Of a DNA stretch of 49,991 bases, positions 18,662 through 28,252 are shown one piece after another. Made by a program: the position numbers and the translations under genes. The notes under the pieces were generated by a model, which saw nothing but the letters and a program-made list of their open reading frames with translations, did no database searches and was not told where the DNA came from. Position 1 is the stretch's first letter; each line of letters begins with the position of its first letter. The DNA is from Candidatus Saccharimonadota bacterium (lineage in GTDB: Bacteria > Patescibacteriota > Saccharimonadia > Saccharimonadales > AQU-01). Where the stretch lies: contig JBAXJI010000005.1 in the NCBI GenBank assembly GCA_037137935.1, forward strand, positions 1 through 49,991. Direction: 5' to 3'.

Positions 18662-19402
18662 ATGATTGAGGTTAACAAGCTTACAAAGGTCTACGGCAAA
18701 AAACAAAACAAGTTCGTTGCACTTAAAAATATTAGCTTTAATATACCAAACGGTTCAACGGTTGCCATAATCGGTAAGAGCGGCTCAGGGAAGTCTACTC
18801 TAATGCATATTATGAGCGGACTTGACCGTCCAGACGAAGGCACTGTGACAATCGGCGGCCACACTCTCCATAAGCTTAAGAAAAAGGCGATGGATGAATT
18901 CCGCGCCAAGCAAATGGGTTTTATATTTCAAGCATTTTTTGTAGAAGCTAATCAAACCGTCTATCAAAATGTATCTTTGCCCCTAGAGATTAGCGGAGTA
19001 AGTTTTAAGAAACGTGACACATTGATTAAGGAAGCCTTGGAACGAGTTGAATTAACAGATAAGATTAACAGCAAGGCAGGTGATCTGTCTGGAGGTCAGA
19101 AGCAAAGACTGGCAATAGCTAGGGCGATTGTAACGAAGCCGAATCTTATATTTGCTGACGAACCAACAGGAAACTTAGACAGCGCGACCGGTGATAAAAT
19201 AATCAAACTATTATTTGAATTAAATAAATCATTGGGCAGTACGCTTATTGTCGTTACGCACGACCACGAACTAGCGGCCAAGTGTAATATCATTATCACC
19301 TTAAAAGACGGAGCTATAGTATCGGTAGAAAATAGCGAAACTCCAAAACAAAAAGCTATAAGTAGCGTTAAACGAGTTCGAAAAGTAAAGGCAGTCATAT
19401 GA
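18662..19402 (+). CDS. ABC transporter ATP-binding protein (LolD/MacB-like)
   Basis: GKSGSGKST, LSGGQKQR, ADEPTGNLD, VTHD. Confidence 0.93.
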   Translation: MIEVNKLTKVYGKKQNKFVALKNISFNIPNGSTVAIIGKSGSGKSTLMHIMSGLDRPDEGTVTIGGHTLHKLKKKAMDEFRAKQMGFIFQAFFVEANQTVYQNVSLPLEISGVSFKKRDTLIKEALERVELTDKINSKAGDLSGGQKQRLAIARAIVTKPNLIFADEPTGNLDSATGDKIIKLLFELNKSLGSTLIVVTHDHELAAKCNIIITLKDGAIVSVENSETPKQKAISSVKRVRKVKAVI

Positions 19403-20766
19403 AACCACGAGATATTATTAAGAGAAGCGGGCGTAATCTTAGGCAGGCAAAAGCTCGGACTATTTTGACTGCATCAGCTATTGCTGTTGGTACTTTTGCG
19501 TTAACGCTGACCTTAGCTGCCAGTAATGGTGCTCAGCATTTTGTTGATAATATTATTAAAAACAATTTTGATCCAAGCGAATTAATCGTAGCCAATGACA
19601 AAACTGTCTTTGGTCGAGCCGATTCAGCAACTCCACGCGAATATGACTCAAGTTTTGGTCAAGGGCTTAGCAGTGCCAATGCAGCCATACAGTTCAAACA
19701 ACTTAGTGATTCAGACATAGTAAAAATAAGCGCCGAGCCTTACACCGAGAATCTTCGCAAGGGCATAACGATTAATCTTACATACCTTACCAGGGCTGGT
19801 CAAAAGAAGTATGTCGGAGTTGCCAGCACTTTTAATCCTGCTCAGCATCCTGATTTATCATCTGGAAGCATACCATCGAGCTTAGGTAATAGTGATATTT
19901 TATTACCTGAGGCCTACGTCGAAGCCTTAGGATTTAAGGACGCAAAAGATGCGATCGGCAAATCAATAACTTTGACTGTGCGTAAGTCATTTGACGCTAC
20001 AGATATTCAGGCGGCTCTTGCTCAAGGTTTGAGTGCTGAATCTATAAAGTCGCTAGGACAAACATCAGTTACTGAAGTGCCATTTACGGTAGCTGCCGTT
20101 ATCAAAAAGCCAACAACTGCTCAGCCAGGTACGGAGCTTTACATGTTTATTAGTGCCGATGCCGCCTCTAGATTAAATGATATCGCCACCAAGGGGACTG
20201 CTAATTATCACAAATATAATTTCGTTTATGTAAAGGTTAAGAATGGTAATAATAACTCTGACCTAATTGCAGCTCAAGACAAACTAAAAGCTATGGGATA
20301 TACGGCTCAAAGTACAGCCGACACACAGAAATTTTTGACTGATATCATCAAGGTATTGCAAGGTATCGTAGCGGCTTTTGGAGCTATAGCTGTTATAGCA
20401 TCAGTGTTCGGAATTGTTAATACGATGTACATAAGTGTTATACAGCGAACTCGCGAAATCGGACTAATGAAAGCTCTTGGAATGCGAGCAAAAGATGTTG
20501 GCCGATTATTCAGATTCGAAGCCGCATGGATTGGATTCTTGGGTGGAATAATGGGCTCAGTTATAGCTTTTGGTGTTGGCACAGCACTAAACCCTTGGAT
20601 CACTACAAAACTTAGCCTTGGAGCCGGAAATAGCCTGTTGATATTCCAGGTTAAACAGATAGCGGTATTGATTGTAATACTAATGATTGTTGCGGTATTA
20701 GCCGGATTCTTCCCAGCTCGTAAGGCATCCAAGCTAGACCCAATTCAAGCCCTTCGTACGGAATAA
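19399..20766 (+). CDS. ABC transporter permease (MacB/FtsX-like)
   Basis: One N-terminal TM, large extracellular domain, GIVNTM..SV..RTREIG.MKALG, PARKASKLDPIQALR. Confidence 0.92.
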   Translation: MKPRDIIKRSGRNLRQAKARTILTASAIAVGTFALTLTLAASNGAQHFVDNIIKNNFDPSELIVANDKTVFGRADSATPREYDSSFGQGLSSANAAIQFKQLSDSDIVKISAEPYTENLRKGITINLTYLTRAGQKKYVGVASTFNPAQHPDLSSGSIPSSLGNSDILLPEAYVEALGFKDAKDAIGKSITLTVRKSFDATDIQAALAQGLSAESIKSLGQTSVTEVPFTVAAVIKKPTTAQPGTELYMFISADAASRLNDIATKGTANYHKYNFVYVKVKNGNNNSDLIAAQDKLKAMGYTAQSTADTQKFLTDIIKVLQGIVAAFGAIAVIASVFGIVNTMYISVIQRTREIGLMKALGMRAKDVGRLFRFEAAWIGFLGGIMGSVIAFGVGTALNPWITTKLSLGAGNSLLIFQVKQIAVLIVILMIVAVLAGFFPARKASKLDPIQALRTE

Positions 20767-20811
20767 TTTAGTTTTTACTGTTAGTCTGAATTATTTGCTA
20801 TAGTAAGTCTT

Positions 20812-21303
20812 ATGGAACAAGCAATTTTTGCAGCAGGATGTTTTTGGGGAATACAGTTCTATTTCGACCAAGTGCCAGGAGTTATTAAGACGACCGTAGG
20901 TTATACAGGCGGCCACACAGAAAATCCCAGTTACGAAGATGTTTGTAGTCACACTACTGGGCATGCCGAGGCTACTCTTATAGAATTTGACCCTAAAGAT
21001 GTTACATATGAAGAGTTATTAATTCATCTATTTCGTATTCACGATCCTACTCAGTTAAATCGTCAGGGTCCAGATATTGGAGATAGTTATCGGTCTGCAA
21101 TATTTTACACAAACGACAATCAGCGCCAAATAGCCGAAGATTATATAAGCCAAATAAGTATGAGTATTGAAAATAAAGAGCCTATAGTCACAGAAGTAAC
21201 TAAGTTAGCAAAATTTTACGAAGCTGAAGATTATCACCAGAAATATACAGAACGCACAGGGCGGGGTATGTGTCACGTTGCTTACGAACCTATAAAGCAG
21301 TAG
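20812..21303 (+). CDS. msrA: Peptide methionine sulfoxide reductase A
   Basis: AGCFWG, VGYTGG, TGHAE, RQGPD.G..YRS, AEDYHQ.Y. Confidence 0.96.
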   Translation: MEQAIFAAGCFWGIQFYFDQVPGVIKTTVGYTGGHTENPSYEDVCSHTTGHAEATLIEFDPKDVTYEELLIHLFRIHDPTQLNRQGPDIGDSYRSAIFYTNDNQRQIAEDYISQISMSIENKEPIVTEVTKLAKFYEAEDYHQKYTERTGRGMCHVAYEPIKQ

Positions 21304-21420
21304 GCGCATTACACGGCCACGTCTATCTATTTCCTTGCACAATAGGAGCGCCGTATTTATGGAAATGGGCTACCGATTTATGTGGCGCTTCCAAGATGAT
21401 TAACTGCTACAATATTGTCT

Positions 21421-22239
21421 ATGGCATATAATTATTTTCGTGAACGCAGCAAGCCTTATGTACCCGGTCAAAAAGAGGTATTTAAGCTTTCTCGCAGCAA
21501 GATAGAGTTATTTACGCAGTGTCCAAGGTGTTTTTGGCTAGATGCACGACTAAAAATCACAAGACCAAATACACCGCCATTTAACATCAACAAAACTATC
21601 GACGAATTATACAAAAAAGAGTTTGATCGCTACCGCGCACTTGGTCAACCTCATCCTATGATGACTGATAATCAAATCAAAGCCGTGCCGATGCAACACA
21701 AAGATCTCGATAAATGGCGCTATAACTTTACTGGCGTGACGACGCTACATAAACCGACCAATCTGCATATATTTGGAGCAATTGACGATGTTTGGGTAGA
21801 CGAGGATGGGCAGGCGATAGTAGTTGACTATAAGGCTACCTCCAAGGCAAAAGAGATTACAATAGATTCCGATTGGCAGATGAGTTACAAGCGTCAGATG
21901 GAAGTTTATCAATGGTTATTGCGCCAAAACGATTTGCTGGTTAGTGATGTGGGATATTTTGTATACACAAATGCCCGTATAGATCTTGACGGCTTTAACG
22001 ACAAGCTAGAATTTATAACTAAAGTTATTCCATATACTGGCGACGATAGTTGGGTGGACGCTACTATTATTAAGATGAAAGAATGCATGGACGGTGAGAT
22101 GCCGGCAGTTGGCGCTGCAGCTATGGGAGGTCCTTGTGATTACTGTTCGTACGCAGAATCACGAACTCGACTAACTCTTAATCATCCTGAAACTTACAAG
22201 GCTCTTCACGCTCGGGCTAGCAAAAATTCTAAGAAATAA
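21421..22239 (+). CDS. PD-(D/E)XK nuclease, RecB/AddB/Cas4-like
   Basis: LSRSK...F..CPRCF, GAIDD, VVDYK, QMEVY, CDYC; ATG at 21421 lies 7 nt after TACAAT. Confidence 0.85.
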   Translation: MAYNYFRERSKPYVPGQKEVFKLSRSKIELFTQCPRCFWLDARLKITRPNTPPFNINKTIDELYKKEFDRYRALGQPHPMMTDNQIKAVPMQHKDLDKWRYNFTGVTTLHKPTNLHIFGAIDDVWVDEDGQAIVVDYKATSKAKEITIDSDWQMSYKRQMEVYQWLLRQNDLLVSDVGYFVYTNARIDLDGFNDKLEFITKVIPYTGDDSWVDATIIKMKECMDGEMPAVGAAAMGGPCDYCSYAESRTRLTLNHPETYKALHARASKNSKK

Positions 22240-22287
22240 CGCAATTTTAACAATGATTCGATCGCAGATTAGTTGTATACTAATAGG

Positions 22288-23589
22288 ATGATTGATATAC
22301 AGTTTATTCGTGATAATGCAGAATTGGTCGCCGAAAAATCAAAACAAAAAGGTTATTCAGTCGACATCGCCCAGCTTATTACTAAAGATAACCAGCGCCG
22401 AGAGTTGCTTTCTCAAGTTGAAGCTTTGCGACAACAACGTAACGTTCTGAGTAACGCTAATAAAGGCGAAAAGCCAACAGCTGCGCAAATAAATAGCGGC
22501 AAGGCAATCAAAGAAAAGTTGTCTTTATTAGAGATAGAACTAGAGACGATTGATGCCGATTATTATAAACTGTTAAGGCAAGTGCCTAACATTCCAACAG
22601 CCAGCGTACCAGTCGGCAGTAGCGAGGACGAAAATGTCGTTATTGGCACAATTGGTGCGCCTACTAAATTCGATTTTGAACCGAAAAGTCATGCCGAAAT
22701 CGGTGAAACAAAAGGTTGGATTGACAGAGACAGAGCGGCAAAGATAGCCGGTTCGCGTTTTGTTTATTTAAAAGGTTCAATTGTGCAGTTGCAGTTTGCA
22801 ATCATTCAATGGGTAATGTCAGTACTGACCGACGAAGAAATTTTAAAAACTATTATCGAAGCCAATAATTTGAAAGTTTCAGCTAAAGCTTTTGAGCCGG
22901 TTCTACCACCAGCCATTGTTAAGACCGACGCCTATAAAGCTACCGGTAGACTCAATGAAGATGAAGTTACTTATAAGTTGGCCGGCGATGACGAGCAATG
23001 GTTGAATGCTAGCGCTGAACATTCGCTCTGCAATATGTATATGGATGAAATTTTGCCAGCCGACACATTACCGCGCCGTTATATTGGCTACGCCACGAGT
23101 TTTCGGCGTGAGGCTGGGACTTACGGCAAAGATATGGAAGGTATAATTCGTTTACATCAATTTGATAAGCTCGAAATGGAAGTATTTAGCTCGCCAGAAA
23201 CTGGTGAAGAAGAGCACAAGTTCTTGATTGCCATTCAAGCCTATCTTGTCGGTAAGCTTGGGCTGCCGTACCGACTTTTGCAAAAGTGTACATTTGACAT
23301 TGGTTTTCCTAATGCTAGCGGTTGGGATGTCGAAGTTTGGGTGCCGTCTCAAAACAAATACCGCGAGACTCATTCGGCCGATTTCATGACCGATTATCAA
23401 GCCAGGGCCTTAAAAACTAGAGTTAAAAATGACGATGGCAACATAGTTTTCGCTCACACTAACGACGCTACAGCTTTTGCGCTCGGTCGCATCATAGCTT
23501 TTATTATCGAAAACTATCAAACTAGTGATGGTAATGTAAGGATTCCGGAAGTATTAAAAACATATATGGGAGGCCGAGAAATACTATGA
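22288..23589 (+). CDS. serS: Seryl-tRNA synthetase
   Basis: MIDIQFIRDN, coiled-coil arm, FRREAG.YGKD..G.IRLHQF.K.E, Y.ETHS, HTNDAT. Confidence 0.96.
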   Translation: MIDIQFIRDNAELVAEKSKQKGYSVDIAQLITKDNQRRELLSQVEALRQQRNVLSNANKGEKPTAAQINSGKAIKEKLSLLEIELETIDADYYKLLRQVPNIPTASVPVGSSEDENVVIGTIGAPTKFDFEPKSHAEIGETKGWIDRDRAAKIAGSRFVYLKGSIVQLQFAIIQWVMSVLTDEEILKTIIEANNLKVSAKAFEPVLPPAIVKTDAYKATGRLNEDEVTYKLAGDDEQWLNASAEHSLCNMYMDEILPADTLPRRYIGYATSFRREAGTYGKDMEGIIRLHQFDKLEMEVFSSPETGEEEHKFLIAIQAYLVGKLGLPYRLLQKCTFDIGFPNASGWDVEVWVPSQNKYRETHSADFMTDYQARALKTRVKNDDGNIVFAHTNDATAFALGRIIAFIIENYQTSDGNVRIPEVLKTYMGGREIL

Positions 23590-23951
23590 TGCAGAAACTA
23601 GAAATCAAAGCCATCCATACCGAAATAGATGATGATTTACGCAAGTATGTCACCAAAAAAATTGGTCGCCTCGATCAATACATGTCAAAACATAGTAGGT
23701 TGACAGCTCATGCCGTCGTACGACTAAAAGAAGTAAACGCCAAGGATAAGAAGCAGTCTAGCTGCGAAGTGGTATTAAACTTACCGCATGACGTAATCTC
23801 AACCAAAGAGACTACAGTTAATATGTACGCAGCCGTCGATATCGTTGAGGCTAAGCTCAAGAATCAGCTCAAGAAATACAAAGAAAAACACGATAGTTCT
23901 AAGTTGCGTCGCCGAGTTATTGCTCGACTGCGGCGAAGTAGTAATATGTAG
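23586..23951 (+). CDS. hpf: Ribosome hibernation factor (HPF/RaiA family)
   Basis: LRKYV.KKI.RL..Y and MYAAVD....KL..QLKKYK motifs; upstream of secA. Confidence 0.9.
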   Translation: MMQKLEIKAIHTEIDDDLRKYVTKKIGRLDQYMSKHSRLTAHAVVRLKEVNAKDKKQSSCEVVLNLPHDVISTKETTVNMYAAVDIVEAKLKNQLKKYKEKHDSSKLRRRVIARLRRSSNM

Positions 23952-24114
23952 TTCTTGTTATTCTCAGCTTGACTCGGAATCTATTTATAACATGACTCTT
24001 GGCTCTAGACTCAACTCTACCAACTAGTGTTAAAATTACCTGACATAGTTGGCTAAAAATAAGGTACAATATAGGTTGAAATTATCGAACTGCTAAGAGA
24101 GGTTACTATTTTCT

Positions 24115-26721
24115 ATGAAAAAAGTATTTAAACGTATTCTGGGAGACCCCCAGGCCAAGACAGTTAAGCGACTAAAAAAGCGAGTTATCGAAGTAAACGC
24201 TTTAGCTGATAAGTACAAAAAAATGTCTGACACCAAGCTTAAGGCCCAGACTAACTTATTAAAGAAAAGACTAGAGACTGAAACTTTAGACAAAATACTA
24301 CCAGATGCCTTCGCAGTTACGCGTGAAGCCGCCACTCGTTCGCTCGGCCAGAGACACTTTGATGTTCAGTTGATTGGTGGAATGGTTTTGCACGAAGGTA
24401 ACGTGGCCGAAATGAAGACCGGTGAGGGTAAGACACTAGTTGCTACTTTGCCAGTATATTTGAACGCCTTAACAGGCAAGGGTGTGCACGTTGTTTCGGT
24501 AAACGACTATTTAGTGCAGCGAGATGCTGGTTGGATGGGTCAGGTTTATGATTTCCTAGGTCTTTCTACTGCCGTTATTATTGCCGATGAATCTTTTATG
24601 TATGATCCAAGTTACACAAATAATGATCATGACGACGAACGTTTTAGACACTTGCGAGCCTGTACTCGCCAAGAAGCTTACGCTGCCGATATAACTTATG
24701 GCACTAACAACGAATTTGGTTTTGACTATTTGCGCGACAACATGGTTAGAGAAGTTGATCAGCTCAGACAAAGAGATTTGCATTATGCGATTGTTGACGA
24801 AGTAGATTCGATTTTAATCGACGAGGCTCGAACGCCACTGATTATTTCTGCTCCAGCTGCAACTAGTGGAAGCGCATATTTGCAGTTCGCTAAAGTTGCA
24901 CGACAGCTTAAACTAGATACTGATTATGAAGTCGATGAAAAGCAGCGTTCAGTTGTTTTAACCGATGAAGGCGTTGAGCATGTTCAGAAGATTTTAGGCA
25001 TAGATAGTTTGTATGGAACAGAAAACATACGAAGTATTTATCACCTCGAACAAGCTTTAAAAGCTCAGGCTATATTTAAGCGCGACAAAGATTATGTAGT
25101 TACTAGCGATGGTGAAGTTGTGATTGTTGACGAGTACACGGGTCGTCTACTTAAGGGTCGTCGTTATAGCGAAGGACTGCACCAAGGTATCGAAGCCAAA
25201 GAAGGTGTCGAAGTGCAAGAAGAGTCAATGACTCTTGCGACCATTACATTCCAGAATTATTTCCGTTTATTCGACAAATTAGCTGGAATGACAGGTACGG
25301 CTATGACAGAGAGCGAAGAATTCCACGAGATCTATAAGTTGGATGTAGTAGAGATTCCGCCAAACCGAACAATTACACGTATCGATAAGGCAGACCGCAT
25401 ATATAAAAGCGAGGCAGCAAAGTTCCGTTCCATCGTCAAAGAAGTAAAAATCTTGAATGCAAAAGGTCAGCCTGTTTTGCTAGGTACGGCTTCTATCGAA
25501 AAGAACGAACAACTAGGGCGAATGTTAACAAAGGCTAAAGTGCCTCACCAAGTATTGAATGCTAAGAATAATGAGCGTGAAGCAAAGATCGTAGCTGGTG
25601 CAGGCCAAGTTGGTGCAGTTACTTTGGCTACTAACATTGCCGGTCGCGGAACCGATATCGTGCTTAGTGAGGAAGTTAAGAAGCTTGGTGGTTTGTTTGT
25701 ACTGGGAAGTGAGCGCCACGAATCTCGTCGTATTGATAATCAATTACGTGGTCGCAGTGGACGACAAGGCGATCCAGGCGTTACGCAGTTCTTCGTTAGT
25801 ACGGAAGACGATTTGATGCGCATATTTGGTGGTGAGCGCATAGCTTCTGTTATGGAAAGGCTAAAAGTTGATGACGAAACTCCTATCGAAAATCGTATTA
25901 TTTCCAAGAGTCTTGAAGCGGCGCAGAAGAAAGTTGAAGGATTTAACTTTGATCAACGCAAAAATATCGTTCAATATGATGACGTCATGAACAGACATCG
26001 CAAAGCAACATATATCATGCGCCGTGAAATACTTAATCAGCCAGACATTAGTAAGCGAATCAAAATGTATATCACTGAAGAAGCACGCGTACTAGCAGCA
26101 TCACCAATGATTACTAGCGACGATTTTCAAGACTTAGTCCGTAGCGTCTTCCCATTTGAGGAATCAACCCTAGATGTATTATTCGACTCTACTACGGAAA
26201 CATTTGGCAAAGTTTTAGTTTCAGAAGCCAAAAAGCTTTATGATTCTCGCACAAAATCATTTGGTGATGAGGTCATGCATAAGGTCGAACGTGATGTTTA
26301 TATGCAGATACTTGATAATCTATGGATGCAGCACCTTGAAAGCATGTCTCACCTTAAAGAGGGTATTCACTGGATTTCAGTAGGCCAGCGGGATCCTTTG
26401 GTTGAATATAGAAGACAGGGTCAGATAATGTTCGAGTCTATGCAAGAAACTCTTCGTCAAGAAGTTACTCAAGCATTGTTTAGTGCAGAACCAATATCTG
26501 AAAGCGAATTAAATCGTTCAGTCGAAACAGAACTTACTAGAGCTGCTCGTGGATCTATAAATAACGCAGATCGAATAATTGAAGCTGAAGAATTCCACGA
26601 AGACGATTTCGTCACCAAAGCAGAAGTAAAGGCTACTCATAAAAAAGTCACATCAAAAGATCGTAAAAAAGCGCACAAGTCTGAACGTAAGCGTCGCAGC
26701 AAAGGAAAGAAGCGTAAATAA
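24115..26721 (+). CDS. secA: Preprotein translocase ATPase SecA
   Basis: AEMKTGEGKTL, IVDEVDSILIDEARTPLIIS, HESRRIDNQLRGRSGRQGDPG; basic tail, no SEC-C Cys motif. Confidence 0.98.
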   Translation: MKKVFKRILGDPQAKTVKRLKKRVIEVNALADKYKKMSDTKLKAQTNLLKKRLETETLDKILPDAFAVTREAATRSLGQRHFDVQLIGGMVLHEGNVAEMKTGEGKTLVATLPVYLNALTGKGVHVVSVNDYLVQRDAGWMGQVYDFLGLSTAVIIADESFMYDPSYTNNDHDDERFRHLRACTRQEAYAADITYGTNNEFGFDYLRDNMVREVDQLRQRDLHYAIVDEVDSILIDEARTPLIISAPAATSGSAYLQFAKVARQLKLDTDYEVDEKQRSVVLTDEGVEHVQKILGIDSLYGTENIRSIYHLEQALKAQAIFKRDKDYVVTSDGEVVIVDEYTGRLLKGRRYSEGLHQGIEAKEGVEVQEESMTLATITFQNYFRLFDKLAGMTGTAMTESEEFHEIYKLDVVEIPPNRTITRIDKADRIYKSEAAKFRSIVKEVKILNAKGQPVLLGTASIEKNEQLGRMLTKAKVPHQVLNAKNNEREAKIVAGAGQVGAVTLATNIAGRGTDIVLSEEVKKLGGLFVLGSERHESRRIDNQLRGRSGRQGDPGVTQFFVSTEDDLMRIFGGERIASVMERLKVDDETPIENRIISKSLEAAQKKVEGFNFDQRKNIVQYDDVMNRHRKATYIMRREILNQPDISKRIKMYITEEARVLAASPMITSDDFQDLVRSVFPFEESTLDVLFDSTTETFGKVLVSEAKKLYDSRTKSFGDEVMHKVERDVYMQILDNLWMQHLESMSHLKEGIHWISVGQRDPLVEYRRQGQIMFESMQETLRQEVTQALFSAEPISESELNRSVETELTRAARGSINNADRIIEAEEFHEDDFVTKAEVKATHKKVTSKDRKKAHKSERKRRSKGKKRK

Positions 26722-26781
26722 GAATTTGTTAGCCGAGAGTAAGGCCAACATCTCGCTTGCATAGATTAGCTTACATCCAAT

Positions 26782-28068
26782 ATGAAACATACAGTATACG
26801 AAGTTAAACTAAAGAACGGCTCTAAAGGGCTAATAATTAACGTCCCAGAATCAAGCGTCGTAACTTTTGATATTAATTTTCGTGCTGGAGATTATCTTAC
26901 TAAAGAAGGTAAATGGGAAGCGGCTCACATCATGGAGCATGTACTGCTTGGTGCAAATAAGTTAATTCCAAAGGCTAGAACTTTCCAGGCGGAATTCGAA
27001 AAAAACGGAGCTTATTCTAACGCCAGCACCAGTAGCTACGATATTATTTATGAAGCGGAGTGTGCTGAATTTGAGTGGAATAGAATACTAGGTTTGCTGA
27101 TAACTGCCGTAACAAAGCCGCTATTTCTTAAAGAAGAATTTGAAGCAGAATTTGGTAATGTTCGCGAAGAATTAACAGCCAGATCCAACAATCATTTTAG
27201 GCACCTTAGCCTAGCCCTACGGCAATCATACGGTTTCGCTATGAAGACTGACCAAGACAGGTTGAAGCTTATGGGAAATGTTGAGTTGAAGGATATCCGC
27301 GAGCATTATGAGCTGACACATACCACTAGTAACATGCGTTTTGTAATAGCAGGTCACTTGCCGATAGAACGCCGTAAGCTGATAAAAAAAGCTTTTGATT
27401 CTATCGAATTACCATTAGGCGATGGAAGATTCGAGCTTCCAGACGAGAGACCGATATCACTAGAAAAGCCTCTGTATATTAATAACAAAACTATCGAAAA
27501 TATATATGTTTATGTAGATACATTTATGAGCCGTCGGATTCGTGATCCAGAAGTTGACGCATTAAGTCTAATAAATACAATGTTAACAGAAACGCTTTAT
27601 TCTAGAATATTTGGTGCAGCACGAGAGAAAGGTCTGATTTACGGAATGAGCTCTGGTATGGAGCAAACAAAAGATATTAGTGGTTGGTGGATAGGTGCGC
27701 AAATTATGCCTAAGAATGCACCAGCTTTGTTTGATATTATTGTGCGTGAACTTACGGCGGTATTTAAGGGCAAAATAAAGGACGAAGATATCACGGCTGC
27801 CAAGCAGTACGCTATTGGAAGATATCAGCGAAGCGGACAGACAGTAGGCGGAACAGCCGCTGGTTACTCCAACCGTTATTTTTTTGATGACGTAATCGAC
27901 GATTATTATAAAATCCCAGAACGCATAAAGGCAGTATCTAGAAACCGAATCATCAAGATAACTAAAGAAATATTTGCAGAAAATATTTGGGGTATGGGCA
28001 TTCTTGGTAACGTCGACCAAGAATTCATCGATACATTAGAAGAAAAGCTAAAACCACTCTGGAAGTGA
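26782..28068 (+). CDS. M16 (insulinase/pitrilysin) family zinc peptidase
   Basis: Inverted zinc motif AHIMEH, NAST, V.EE, SRIF...REKGL.Y. Confidence 0.9.
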   Translation: MKHTVYEVKLKNGSKGLIINVPESSVVTFDINFRAGDYLTKEGKWEAAHIMEHVLLGANKLIPKARTFQAEFEKNGAYSNASTSSYDIIYEAECAEFEWNRILGLLITAVTKPLFLKEEFEAEFGNVREELTARSNNHFRHLSLALRQSYGFAMKTDQDRLKLMGNVELKDIREHYELTHTTSNMRFVIAGHLPIERRKLIKKAFDSIELPLGDGRFELPDERPISLEKPLYINNKTIENIYVYVDTFMSRRIRDPEVDALSLINTMLTETLYSRIFGAAREKGLIYGMSSGMEQTKDISGWWIGAQIMPKNAPALFDIIVRELTAVFKGKIKDEDITAAKQYAIGRYQRSGQTVGGTAAGYSNRYFFDDVIDDYYKIPERIKAVSRNRIIKITKEIFAENIWGMGILGNVDQEFIDTLEEKLKPLWK

Positions 28069-28083
28069 GCCAGTAAGCTACAA

Positions 28084-28215
28084 ATTTATCATTTGTCATT
28101 GACCATTTAACATTAATTTGGGCATTTGACATTGGTCATTGAGGTTCGGTCTCCACAATGACTAAATGGCTAAATGGTAAATTAATGCATCAATGACCAA
28201 TGCTAAATGATAAAT
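28084..28215. repeat. Imperfect ~58-bp-arm inverted repeat built of CATTnnn/nnnAATG heptamers
   Basis: Left arm 28084-28141, right arm 28156-28215, GC-richer loop; same unit layout as the 12552-12871 array. Confidence 0.85.
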
Positions 28216-28252
28216 GCACACAGTCCTATCCTTGTACTATATAATGACTATT

